Virus record (IMG/VR): IMGVR_UViG_3300010965_000004
Span: 1-44,707 of that record
Origin: a virus
Lineage: Duplodnaviria; Heunggongvirae; Uroviricota; Caudoviricetes
Direction: 5' to 3' (one strand)
Length of the DNA: 44,707 bases
Part shown: in pieces, positions 1 through 9,088 of the stretch
How positions within the stretch are numbered: the stretch's first letter is position 1
Layout of the letters: each line of letters begins with the position of its first letter
Notes under the pieces: model-generated
Database searches by the model: none
The model's input: only the letters and a program-made list of their open reading frames with translations
What the model was told of the DNA's origin: nothing
Position numbers and translations under genes: made by a program

Positions 1-142
1 TTAGTGAAATATTTTTTATATGAAAAAGAGTTTTTTTTAACTATGGGTATGTATGTTTCCGGACAGAACTGTCATTTTGTCACAAAGTTAATTTAAAACT
101 CTAACAAAGCTCTCTAACTAACTGAATATAAAAGATAGTTAT

Positions 143-165
143 AAAAAAGCCCAGTTTCCTGGGCT
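143..165 (-). terminator. Intrinsic terminator after terminase
   Basis: AGCCCAG-TTTC-CTGGGCT stem-loop followed on the minus strand by T6. Confidence 0.8.
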
Positions 166-169
166 AATC

Positions 170-1804
170 CTATCCATAGATATCCACGCTCTGTTCCAAG
201 TATTGAGACCCTGGATGTTCCATAAGTTGGTCTATCAGGTTATATTGACCGGTGGCACAGTACCACGCTATGTGAGCAAAGACTACAGAGTGTAGCCAGT
301 CATCACAGTCAGTCTCTTCTTTACGATATAGCTTACGACCAGTATGTGACTCTTCTTCATACACATTGAGAGCATCCTCCCAGAACGTACTCATCAGATT
401 CCAGGATGGAGTTTCAAATCTATCCTTACCCATCTTCATCTTCAAGATGGCCATGTCCATACACATAGTTCTATCAGCCGCTAAGTAACCACCTGGTTGG
501 TCGTATCTCAACATAGTTTTGGCAGCACAGTATTGGATCGGTATTACCATATGGTATCCTAAAGTTTGTTTCAGTAGCTCAAACTGTAGTTGCCCAACCC
601 CTCGGTCACTGCCTACCATCTGAACCTTGAACTGACGAGCCAAGTGTTCAACTCTTCTAACTTGATCAAGGATATCAATACCATTCAAACGTTCTGAGTG
701 TAGAACATAGGCTTTGCCCATGTAATCACACCCAAGTATAGTGATGACAGTATATGAAGCCGCCCCTGCCGTTACTGACCAGTCTACTCCTAACACACAC
801 GAGGTTATACCACGTTGATCTACGGGCCAGGTATTATCAAAAGCTTCTACCCCGGTGTTACAACAAGCAATTGCTTCACGTTGAGACAGGATACGACCAG
901 CTACGCCAGCAGCCAGGCCAAAGACTTCGTTAGCTAACAAGGAGGGTTTATAGGTTTCTATCTTGCTGTGTATCTCATCCCATTTAAATGGGGTTATACG
1001 AGCTGGGATGATAAAACGTGGTACATGAAACCCGTAGTGATTCTTTACTGTAGGCTTAGCTGCAACCCATCTGCCGGTTTTCATATCTATAGGTTTTGCA
1101 CAATGAACACATATAGGCCCATCCTTGCCTTTACAGATATTCAGACAGTCTTCGAACGTCCAGGGTATTGTCCACTTGCCGCAGTGAGTACACTTAACGC
1201 ACCACTCAAGTCCATTGCTTTTCTTGAACAATGTTTCCAGCGTGTTCTGTTCTGTTTTAGCTGTACCGAAGTGTTTGACCCAGCCATATGGAGAAGCCGA
1301 AAGAGCTTCTGCTACAATTGGTAGAGTAGAAGCTTGAATGTCTTGTACTTCGTCGAAGTAACAAACGTCGCCTGGAATTCCTCTGACTCGGTCAGCGTCT
1401 GCTTCGGTTTCAGCATAAGACAGATATATGATTGACCCATTATTAAGCGTTTTCTCAAACACGTTCTTCTTCGAAGACGAATCTCTAAAGTGTTTCCTGA
1501 CCATAGGCGACATCAAGAATGGATCTAGATACGAAGTTGAGAACCTGGAACTCTGTGTTGATAGTGGAGCTATATAGATGGACGTTAAGTGAGGAATGGC
1601 TATACTCTTAAGGGTAAGAATAGCCCCTACCCCAAGTGTTTTTCCAATCTGTCGACTAGCTTTAACCGTAAGAAATTGCGGATCGCAATCATACACGTCC
1701 CTCATGGGGATGTAATCGTCCATAGTAAGAGGTTTTCCTTTTAGGCTGATAACCGCTTTAGCTAGTTCTGAGGTTGTTACTCTTACTGTGGTTGTTTCGT
1801 CCAT
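170..1804 (-). CDS. terL: Terminase large subunit
   Basis: Walker A-like KASRQIGKT, Walker B CYFDEVQD, two CxxC pairs (CTHC, CVHC), RNase H-like nuclease acidic motifs GVDW, SDRG, DDWLHS. Confidence 0.9.
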   Translation of the reverse strand: MDETTTVRVTTSELAKAVISLKGKPLTMDDYIPMRDVYDCDPQFLTVKASRQIGKTLGVGAILTLKSIAIPHLTSIYIAPLSTQSSRFSTSYLDPFLMSPMVRKHFRDSSSKKNVFEKTLNNGSIIYLSYAETEADADRVRGIPGDVCYFDEVQDIQASTLPIVAEALSASPYGWVKHFGTAKTEQNTLETLFKKSNGLEWCVKCTHCGKWTIPWTFEDCLNICKGKDGPICVHCAKPIDMKTGRWVAAKPTVKNHYGFHVPRFIIPARITPFKWDEIHSKIETYKPSLLANEVFGLAAGVAGRILSQREAIACCNTGVEAFDNTWPVDQRGITSCVLGVDWSVTAGAASYTVITILGCDYMGKAYVLHSERLNGIDILDQVRRVEHLARQFKVQMVGSDRGVGQLQFELLKQTLGYHMVIPIQYCAAKTMLRYDQPGGYLAADRTMCMDMAILKMKMGKDRFETPSWNLMSTFWEDALNVYEEESHTGRKLYRKEETDCDDWLHSVVFAHIAWYCATGQYNLIDQLMEHPGSQYLEQSVDIYG

Positions 1805-1898
1805 TTATACTTTCTTCTGATTAGGTGATGATAATAGGTTCCGATATATTTCTATACTTTTTAATATCTTCTGTCATTTTAAATAATTTCCTAAAAGC

Positions 1899-1907
1899 TG
1901 GTATAAT
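1899..1907 (+). promoter_or_regulatory. Extended -10 promoter (TGGTATAAT), plus-strand cassette class
   Basis: TGnTATAAT consensus in an intergenic divergent region; the motif recurs before most plus-strand units. Confidence 0.7.
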
Positions 1908-2011
1908 ACCAATGGAGGAGATTTATTCTCCTTAATAATATATTATTATAACACTTTTTAGATTATTTTGATATATATTTTTTAACTTACCTTTAGCTAA
2001 GGAAAACTAAT

Positions 2012-2206
2012 ATGGGTAATACAATTGTTATCGTTTCAAACTCGGGCCAGGAATTTACATTACCTGGAACTCATTGGACTGCCGCTCAAGTAGCTGCAAC
2101 CTTCGCTGACAGCGTACCTGGCATCAGCGCCATGACTTCAGAAGTAACGACTGAAGATGGAAATCAGGTTATTACGTTCCGTCCGCGTACCGGAACCAAG
2201 GGCTAA
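2012..2206 (+). CDS. Ubiquitin-like beta-grasp protein (PRTRC protein C-like)
   Basis: 64 aa ending ITFRPRTGTKG, matching the TF...GTKG C-terminus of PRTRC protein C; co-located with E1, E2 and JAB; SD AAGGA. Confidence 0.8.
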   Translation: MGNTIVIVSNSGQEFTLPGTHWTAAQVAATFADSVPGISAMTSEVTTEDGNQVITFRPRTGTKG

Positions 2207-2228
2207 GTTTTTAGCCTAAAAAAATTAA

Positions 2229-2271
2229 GCAACATGGGGTTTCAATAAAGATTCTCCTTGTTGTTTTTTTT
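2229..2271 (+). terminator. Terminator-like hairpin after Ubl gene
   Basis: CAACA.GGGG / CTCC.TGTTG stem followed by a T run. Confidence 0.5.
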
Positions 2272-2341
2272 AGTTAGAACACTATTTCTAAGAGTCTTCT
2301 AGGGTTCTTAAAAATAGTGTTTAATGACTTAAAGGAAAAAC

Positions 2342-2971
2342 ATGACTGTTCAAACTAAGACAACTACTGAGTATTGGTTACTACAAAATGCTCGTATGAT
2401 TATTGGAAACATGGCTAGGGATTCCTTAGTTACCTTTTCAGTTAATAAGCTACGAGAGATAAAGCTGGTTACAAGCAATTTTAAAAATGGTTTTTCTTTT
2501 CATGATAACTATTACATGGCTGGAGAGCTTAAAAGACTATATAGATTTATGATTGCGTACATAAGTAGGGAAATACCCTTCCTGCATTTGACTCAAGCTG
2601 GGTATGAAGATGGACAAAGTTATATGAAGGTTGTAAGTCAAGGTTCAAAGCCTTACTTGAAACTTAGCCTTATGTATGATGACTCAATCTATCGATACAT
2701 TCAAAGAATAAATGGCCCTTTCGCTGCTTTAGACTTACCCTTTAGGATAGAGATACAATCCTATAAACCAACCGATAATATGTCTGTTTTCTTCTATACG
2801 GATATTAATAACCAGCCCAAAGCATTACAAACGTACAAATTGTTGCTTCTCTTACCTGAGATAGTAACAGTATTAAAAACTCTAAGTAGGAAAGCTAGGT
2901 ACACAAATGAGCAATTTAGAACCTGTTCTAGATCTACCTGTTCTGGTTTCGAAACTCCGACAGCAGCCTGA
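2342..2971 (+). CDS. Hypothetical protein in Ubl cassette
   Basis: 209-aa ORF with AAGGA SD; no recognised motif. Confidence 0.7.
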   Translation: MTVQTKTTTEYWLLQNARMIIGNMARDSLVTFSVNKLREIKLVTSNFKNGFSFHDNYYMAGELKRLYRFMIAYISREIPFLHLTQAGYEDGQSYMKVVSQGSKPYLKLSLMYDDSIYRYIQRINGPFAALDLPFRIEIQSYKPTDNMSVFFYTDINNQPKALQTYKLLLLLPEIVTVLKTLSRKARYTNEQFRTCSRSTCSGFETPTAA

Positions 2972-3164
2972 TGTAACAGAGAATATAAAAGGTAAGATAA
3001 TAAGCTTACTGACTATTCCTCAAACGTCCGAGGAAATTGATGTTTTTATCCAGGCTATCGTTGACCCTAAAGTTGTGTACCCTATCATAACTTTATCCAA
3101 AGCGGATGTGGGTATAAAGAAAGCCAAGTTTTTTATTAATGAAGGAGACATAGATTATGTCTGA
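2907..3164 (+). CDS. Hypothetical protein in Ubl cassette
   Basis: 85-aa ORF whose end overlaps the E2 start, suggesting coupling. Confidence 0.65.
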   Translation: MSNLEPVLDLPVLVSKLRQQPDVTENIKGKIISLLTIPQTSEEIDVFIQAIVDPKVVYPIITLSKADVGIKKAKFFINEGDIDYV

Positions 3165-3966
3165 AGTATTGGAATTAACGGAAGTAACAGAAACTGCAAC
3201 TACAGAGTCAACTACTAGAGCTCAAGAAGTTGAAGCCAGGCTACAAAGCTTAATTGATACTTCTGTTGCTTCAATGCCTGATGATACAATTGAATCTCAG
3301 CCTTTCGTCTTGTATCCTAATTATGTTGAACTCAAGCTTGGCAAGTTGAGTAAGAACATTTCTTTGCTAGATTTCAAAGGTATTCTAGATACTCTATTGC
3401 AAGCTGAAACCAAACTTGTGATGAACGCTCTTCCATATAACTGTTTCGTGTTTGCCAAGTCAAATACCGAAATGAGACTAAGCTGTTATCACCCTGAAAA
3501 GATGATGGAGATAACCCATGCTTATGATGGGTATTCAACTGTAACAGATAAGTATACGATTCCTTTTCCCAATACAATTATAACCTTTAAGTTAGGGTTG
3601 GATTCTGGGCTTTGGAAAATTCAAGACGTAAAGTACTTTTGTACAAATAAGAAGGTTACTCAGCTGCCAGAAGATACGATAATTACTGAGCCTAACTACG
3701 CTGAAGGCATTTGGACCATGCCGTTCCCTAACTATTATGGAGATGGAAGAATGTGTTATGGGAGAAACACCATGCCAACTACCTTCACCAATAACCTTAG
3801 AGGATTAGATTATTATTACCAGGTTATCTTCGGATCTCCGTTTAATAATGATCTTGGTATTGGTTCTACTGAGCAAAGAATTGATCCTAAGAATTGGTTC
3901 AAGAAACTGTCTAAATTAACTGAATTCCCATATGACGAACTGAAGAAGTCAGGTCATCGTTATTAA
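3157..3966 (+). CDS. Prokaryotic E2-like (Prok-E2, PRTRC protein B-like) conjugating enzyme
   Basis: MPFPNYYGDGRMCYGRN with candidate catalytic Cys, and IFGSPFNNDL. Confidence 0.8.
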   Translation: MSEVLELTEVTETATTESTTRAQEVEARLQSLIDTSVASMPDDTIESQPFVLYPNYVELKLGKLSKNISLLDFKGILDTLLQAETKLVMNALPYNCFVFAKSNTEMRLSCYHPEKMMEITHAYDGYSTVTDKYTIPFPNTIITFKLGLDSGLWKIQDVKYFCTNKKVTQLPEDTIITEPNYAEGIWTMPFPNYYGDGRMCYGRNTMPTTFTNNLRGLDYYYQVIFGSPFNNDLGIGSTEQRIDPKNWFKKLSKLTEFPYDELKKSGHRY

Positions 3967-3984
3967 TTCCTATTGGAGAAAAAA

Positions 3985-5124
3985 ATGCAAGAACTCGTTC
4001 CTTTTATTTCATGTTTAGTAACTCCGAATGAGTTTCAGGAAGCATTGCTTTCTACTTATTCAGAGATTTATGTTGACTCTCACGATGGCTATCTAAAGCA
4101 TATGAAGCTTCGTGGTGGTCGTCATATTCGTTTGAAAGTAGATGCTCTGCCTAAAAATGCAGTTGCTGTTACTTCCAACAGAGTGGAGGAAGAAATCAAC
4201 TTCCTCCCAGCCGGTAAGATCTCGTATGAGTACTTCGAACAAATCCTACACTTCTTTAAAGAAGTAATGCGTTTGAAGAATGCAGATTATGAAGCTCATG
4301 CCTGGATCCTTTGGAGCCTAGAAAAGGGTTATTATATCTCTGTTCCTAAACAAACAGTAAGCAAAGCTTCTGTCCAGTTTAGTTACGATGAGGAGACTCT
4401 GCCTCCGGATAGCACTATCGTTGTTGATTTACACAGTCATAACACGATGGGAGCTTTCTACTCAGGTACAGATAACAACAACGATAAAAACGGAATTTAT
4501 TATTCTGGCGTTATTGGTAAGCTTGACACTCCGAATCCACAATTTGTGTTCCGCTTTAACATGCATGACGTTAAACGAGACTGCAAACTGGCAGATGTCT
4601 TTGATATTCCAAAAAAAGAAGTAACAATCCCTACTGACTGGCTGGATAAGGTAGAAGTGAAGGCCACGACTCCAACGTATGTTCCCCCACAAAATTATCG
4701 TCGTGGTCCATCTCTCTGGGATCAAAAGGTACATGATATAACAAGGGACCCTCAGGAATATCGTAGAGCTCTAGGGTATGACTCGAGAATAGGTGCTGGT
4801 CGTTGTGAACTTGCTGATTTGATTGATGATCAAGTTGCCGAGTTAAATGAACAGGCTGAACGGCACTTTGGTATTGCAATTGATTCTGATGATGTAGACC
4901 CGGTGGGCCCTATCATTGGGGCTGAAGATGATGCAGAGCATAGTGAAGACTATGATTACTACTGTGTTACTTATGGTAAAGAGGCTGCTGACGCAAAAGA
5001 TATGATTGATGCTTGTGTGGATAACCTGGCTGAATGCGATGAAGGTCTTCTGGATGTTATCCGGTCTGCCTACGATCTCTTAAGTGAGAAAGGTCAGCAA
5101 GAGCTTATGACCAACGGGCTGTAG
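3985..5124 (+). CDS. JAB/MPN+ metallopeptidase (PRTRC protein A-like) with acidic C-terminal extension
   Basis: YEAH...DLHSHNTMGAFYSGTDNNND fits the JAMM E-HxH-S-D motif; ATG 3985 preferred over TTG 3973 because of the GGAG SD. Confidence 0.85.
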   Translation: MQELVPFISCLVTPNEFQEALLSTYSEIYVDSHDGYLKHMKLRGGRHIRLKVDALPKNAVAVTSNRVEEEINFLPAGKISYEYFEQILHFFKEVMRLKNADYEAHAWILWSLEKGYYISVPKQTVSKASVQFSYDEETLPPDSTIVVDLHSHNTMGAFYSGTDNNNDKNGIYYSGVIGKLDTPNPQFVFRFNMHDVKRDCKLADVFDIPKKEVTIPTDWLDKVEVKATTPTYVPPQNYRRGPSLWDQKVHDITRDPQEYRRALGYDSRIGAGRCELADLIDDQVAELNEQAERHFGIAIDSDDVDPVGPIIGAEDDAEHSEDYDYYCVTYGKEAADAKDMIDACVDNLAECDEGLLDVIRSAYDLLSEKGQQELMTNGL

Positions 5125-5143
5125 TCTATTTTTTGTTAAGTGA

Positions 5144-5152
5144 TGGTATAAG
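5144..5152 (+). promoter_or_regulatory. Extended -10 promoter (TGGTATAAG)
   Basis: Recurrent motif upstream of the E1 gene. Confidence 0.6.
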
Positions 5153-5182
5153 AGGGGTGAGAGCAATCTCACCTCTTTTTTT
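5150..5182 (+). terminator. Intrinsic terminator after JAB gene
   Basis: AAGAGGGGTGAGA-GCAA-TCTCACCTCTT hairpin plus T run. Confidence 0.7.
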
Positions 5183-5197
5183 AATTTTGGAGAAAGT

Positions 5198-6358
5198 ATG
5201 TTTGCATACAGACCACATTTTGTTCCAACCAAGATATTGATTATTGGGTGCGGAGGTACTGGATCTAGAATCGTTCCTCTCTTGGCTCAATTTATAAAAA
5301 CGTGTTCCTGGGTTAAAGACCCTGAAATAACTCTTATTGACGACGATTTCGTTGAGGAGAAAAATCTTTTAAGACAGAACTTTATCTCTGTTGATGTAGG
5401 AAAGCCAAAAGCCGAAGTGTTAGCTTTGCGATATTCCAGGGCATTTAACGTTACAATAAACGCTTTGCAAGCGAGAGTGACTGACCCTTATAAGAGTAGT
5501 ATTTTAGAATCCAATGATCCTGAAATACGAAATGCATTCATGAGGCACATTGCTAATGCTATTATTATTCTCTGTGTGGATTCCCCTCAAGCTAGACGAG
5601 ATATTATTAGGGCCATGACTTACTGCGGAGTTGGCAATAGGGGATCAGTTCTTCTGCTGGATTCTGGCAATGAAAATGATTTTGGTCAGGTTTCGTTGTC
5701 TACCTTCTCAGCTATAAACGAGGAAGAAATCTACCAATTAAATGAGATGCCTAATGCTATTCCTGGGGAGATTATTATTCCAGGGATTCCAATGGAAGTG
5801 GATTACTTCGAGAAGATGGTAGCTACCACTACTCTTAGTTGTGCTGATCTGGATCAAACAATGGCTATCAACACTATGATGGCTGTTACCATGTTTGGTA
5901 TCATTCAAAACTTCTATTATGCCAAGTTGATTACTTATAACCGCATAAACATTTCTCTGTCTCATGGTTCTATTCCTCAATACATGAACACAGACTTTAT
6001 AAAGAAGTCGCTTTCTTATGCTCAGAAGAAGATAGACAGATATACTCTCTTCAGGTTTCATGTAGGGGAAGTAATTTCTGAGTTCTATTATAAAGAATAC
6101 CTGCCTTTTAAAGAAGCAATGGTAGAGGCTGAGCGGAAGAGAATAAGCCAGGAATCTATCCCTGCCGAGGTTAAAGAAGCGCCGGCAAAGTCCGAATCGG
6201 TGCCAAAGAAAAAGGTAAAGAAGATAGACTACGAAGAATCCCTTAAGATTATTGAAGAAGGAGGCCCCCCTTCAACTTTAAATGGCTCTGCCTTTGCAGT
6301 TAATCTTAACTATGTTGTTCACCCGGCTTCTTATATAGTGTCTTCTCACACAGTCTGA
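5198..6358 (+). CDS. ThiF/E1-like Ubl-activating enzyme
   Basis: IIGCGGTGS nucleotide-binding loop, DDDFVEEKNLLRQNF, CVDS..AR, DSGN, candidate catalytic Cys in LSCA. Confidence 0.9.
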   Translation: MFAYRPHFVPTKILIIGCGGTGSRIVPLLAQFIKTCSWVKDPEITLIDDDFVEEKNLLRQNFISVDVGKPKAEVLALRYSRAFNVTINALQARVTDPYKSSILESNDPEIRNAFMRHIANAIIILCVDSPQARRDIIRAMTYCGVGNRGSVLLLDSGNENDFGQVSLSTFSAINEEEIYQLNEMPNAIPGEIIIPGIPMEVDYFEKMVATTTLSCADLDQTMAINTMMAVTMFGIIQNFYYAKLITYNRINISLSHGSIPQYMNTDFIKKSLSYAQKKIDRYTLFRFHVGEVISEFYYKEYLPFKEAMVEAERKRISQESIPAEVKEAPAKSESVPKKKVKKIDYEESLKIIEEGGPPSTLNGSAFAVNLNYVVHPASYIVSSHTV

Positions 6359-6362
6359 CAAC

Positions 6363-6394
6363 AAAAAGCCCAGTTTAATACCTGGGCTTTTTTT
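6363..6394. terminator. Bidirectional intrinsic terminator
   Basis: AAAAAGCCCAG...CTGGGCTTTTTTT between convergent genes. Confidence 0.85.
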
Positions 6395-6409
6395 AGTTCG
6401 TCTACCTCT

Positions 6410-6820
6410 TTAGGAGACTCGTTCCCTCGAAGCTTCCGTAACCGTGTCAATAACATTGTAGGTAGCAAGGACACTAGTGTCAGATTTGTACAAAGTTAGC
6501 ACCCCAGTTAACTTATTCCATATCCAGGATCCCAAAGCCTCGTCAGAAAGGTCCTTCACGGTAGCTGCAAGCGTCTTGGTTGAGACATCGACACGAATCT
6601 GGAGTGCCCCCTCAATAAAGATGTCCAAATGCCCTGTAGAGCTCGGCGTGAAGTTCATGGTGTAAACTCCACCACCAATCTCGGTAAAAGTCGGGGCAGG
6701 AGCTAGAGTTGTGATAACTCCATCCACAAGAGCCACGACTCCAGGGAACACCACTTTGCCAGTTGTTAAACCGGTAGAGAGGAAAACTTGTTTAGTTGGT
6801 TGGTTGACTGTGATTTCCAC
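6410..6820 (-). CDS. Hypothetical, probably structural beta-rich protein
   Basis: 136-aa ORF rich in T/V/G on the late strand. Confidence 0.65.
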   Translation of the reverse strand: MEITVNQPTKQVFLSTGLTTGKVVFPGVVALVDGVITTLAPAPTFTEIGGGVYTMNFTPSSTGHLDIFIEGALQIRVDVSTKTLAATVKDLSDEALGSWIWNKLTGVLTLYKSDTSVLATYNVIDTVTEASRERVS

Positions 6821-7313
6821 TTATATATTCCTTGATTGCTAATTCTTTATTCTTCATATCCTGATCGGTGGCTCCCGGTACTAGTCCTGTGATTCCTACT
6901 ATATTAAAAGGCCAGATTGTGTGTGAATACCCATCTTCTACTAATATGTCTTTTAGTGCCAGTCTTATTCCTAGATCGTAGTGATCAGCTTGTTCTGGCA
7001 GTATGCCTTGGAAGTCAGCCATCTCTACAATAGCTTTGGCAGCTTCTAGGGAGTTGATGTGGGGGATACTGGTAAAGTCAGTAACGTTGTTGTTTATAAC
7101 TTCACATGCATGTAAGAAAAAGATCACATCCGAATAAAACAGTTCAGGTTTGTAGTGTAAGACTTTGATTAGATTGATCTTCTCTGACAGCAGTTCTGAA
7201 TAAGGAAGTTGTAGTTCCAAGAATATTGTCTCGGTCTCATACGACTGCCAGCCTACGGGTAGAACGCTGGAGAGATACTTATTAAGAGCGGCTATTGGTA
7301 AAGTTGGGTGCAT
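6792..7313 (-). CDS. Hypothetical protein
   Basis: 173-aa ORF with TAATG overlap with the upstream ORF. Confidence 0.7.
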   Translation of the reverse strand: MHPTLPIAALNKYLSSVLPVGWQSYETETIFLELQLPYSELLSEKINLIKVLHYKPELFYSDVIFFLHACEVINNNVTDFTSIPHINSLEAAKAIVEMADFQGILPEQADHYDLGIRLALKDILVEDGYSHTIWPFNIVGITGLVPGATDQDMKNKELAIKEYISGNHSQPTN

Positions 7314-7489
7314 TAAAATTTCTTGGCTATTGTTTCAGGTTTATCTTTTTGTAATCTCACGGTTCCATTAACAGCGAATGAGTCATGTTTCAACTGCTTT
7401 GCGGGATTAGTTGTTAGCATTGTCTTAACGTTGGTCTCACCAATAGGCACGGATTTCATTTCAGCGATTTTGGAGAGGTAACGGTTCAT
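7313..7489 (-). CDS. Small protein with N-terminal NRYLSKIA tag (absent from ORF track)
   Basis: Hand translation MNRYLSKIAEMKSVPIGETNVKTML...AKKF*, 58 aa, stop/start overlaps on both sides. Confidence 0.75.
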   Translation of the reverse strand: MNRYLSKIAEMKSVPIGETNVKTMLTTNPAKQLKHDSFAVNGTVRLQKDKPETIAKKF

Positions 7490-7671
7490 TAAAACTTGCC
7501 TGTGTCAACCCATTTTCCTGGGATCTTAGCTGCGTGTTTAAAACTGTTTGAGAGAGATTCTTTAACAGCAGTGGAGTTAGCTACAGGTTTTTTAATTGTC
7601 TTAGACGCTTTGCCAGTAACTTTACTCAGCACGTCTTTTAATCCAGCAATCTTTTCTAAGTACTTGTTCAT
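7489..7671 (-). CDS. Small basic protein with NKYLEKIA tag
   Basis: Begins MNKYLEKIAG; coupled to neighbours. Confidence 0.8.
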   Translation of the reverse strand: MNKYLEKIAGLKDVLSKVTGKASKTIKKPVANSTAVKESLSNSFKHAAKIPGKWVDTGKF

Positions 7672-7672
7672 A

Positions 7673-8557
7673 TTAACAACCCTTACATAGCCCAGCTAAC
7701 ATAACCTGTAGATCCCTAGGTAGACTCTCCAGCATACCCTTGTCAGCAACTGGATCACCAGTCATAGCTTTTGCAATGTCAGCGCCTAGTGTTGAAGCAA
7801 TGCGATCCTTACCAAATTTCTGAATACTTTCAAACGGAACTTGCGTACCCGCCAGGTTAACACTCATGCTCGAACATAAAGCTGACATCTTGGTTAACAG
7901 AGCTTCTCTATAGAAGTTGAATCCAATTATATCTAACCCAGCTTTTTTGTCAAGGGTAGTTACGGTAGAGCATAGTTCTCCGATTGAATCAAAGTCATTC
8001 TCCCTAACCTGGTCTACAACCAGTCTGGCAACCTTGACAAAAGCCTCCTCCTTAGTAGCATGGTATCTATTAGCCAACGCCAATACAGCTGCTTCTTTAT
8101 TCAAATATGCCTTGCCAGCGTACTTAAGAACTTGAGCGGACTTAACTTGATCACCATAGTCAGCAACAATTTTTCTAGCTTCAGCTGCAGCCTTTTCAAT
8201 TCCCAAAAATCCAAACCCAGCCAGGTCACCTTCAAAGCCAGCCTCGATCTGTTCTAGAGTCAGTCCATACTGAGCATGTGCTTCAGCAGCTTTCTTTTCA
8301 AGGATATTAAAACGAGGTAGATACTGATCTAACTCTTCTTTGACTCCGTAGAGGCTAGCAGCTTTAGTAATCTTTGCCGTAATCTCTGGGTCCAGTTGAC
8401 GTTCAGCAACTTTAGTTAAGTAGTTGATTCTTAAATAAGAAGCTGCTGCAGAATCCTTGCTGTCTACCGGGAAGTCTTCCTCCAGATTGGCTTTTTTAAC
8501 CATATCTGTTACCTCAGGAATAAGCGTCAGAATATCTTTAATTGAATGGGCTAACAA
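7673..8557 (-). CDS. Putative head-associated protein rich in K-x-A motifs
   Basis: 294 aa with EKKAA, EKAAA, NKEAA, DKKAG, TKAAS. Confidence 0.7.
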   Translation of the reverse strand: MLAHSIKDILTLIPEVTDMVKKANLEEDFPVDSKDSAAASYLRINYLTKVAERQLDPEITAKITKAASLYGVKEELDQYLPRFNILEKKAAEAHAQYGLTLEQIEAGFEGDLAGFGFLGIEKAAAEARKIVADYGDQVKSAQVLKYAGKAYLNKEAAVLALANRYHATKEEAFVKVARLVVDQVRENDFDSIGELCSTVTTLDKKAGLDIIGFNFYREALLTKMSALCSSMSVNLAGTQVPFESIQKFGKDRIASTLGADIAKAMTGDPVADKGMLESLPRDLQVMLAGLCKGC

Positions 8558-8578
8558 AATTTCACCTACTTTCTTTAT

Positions 8579-9088
8579 TTATAACTCTAGAAGCCTATTA
8601 GACTTTCTACTGTTTTCTAGTGCGGAAATAATTCTTAAATTATTCTCTACATGAAGTCCACAAACATTTTTACCCTGTAGAGGAATTATATGATCTACAT
8701 GATGTTTTATACCAGTTTCTAGACTTATTTTATTACTCTCTTCATATATTTTTTTGATTTGTTCTAAATTTGCCCATTTGGGAATAGCCTGTAATTTAGA
8801 GGTGCGTCTTTTAGCAGTTATAGCATTTGCTTTACCGGGATTTTTTAGTCTCCAGTCTTTGGTATTCTCTTTATCCCGTGCACGTTTTTTTTCTCTGGCA
8901 TTAGGATTAGAAATATACTTATGATACTTTTCTCGTTCCTGCTCTCTATGTTCTGCGTTATATTTTCGCAAATAGATATTCATACAATTTCTACATGCAG
9001 AATTATATCCAGACTTCAGATGGTTATTTGGCCCAAATTCTGCAATAGCCTTTAAAGTTTTACAGCGAGTACAAACTTTCTCTTTCAT
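8579..9088 (-). mobile_element. Free-standing HNH endonuclease (paralog 1)
   Basis: N-terminal CxxC...CxxC, C-terminal HHVDHIIPLQGKNVCGLHVENNL. Confidence 0.85.

Noticed and set aside
1-140. AT-rich stretch as replication origin or packaging site
   Set aside because: No iterons or clear repeats, and it is truncated by the window edge.
1899-6394. Full canonical PRTRC system
   Set aside because: No ParB partner or clear protein E/F is present in the window; only the Ubl, E2, JAB and E1 core is supported.
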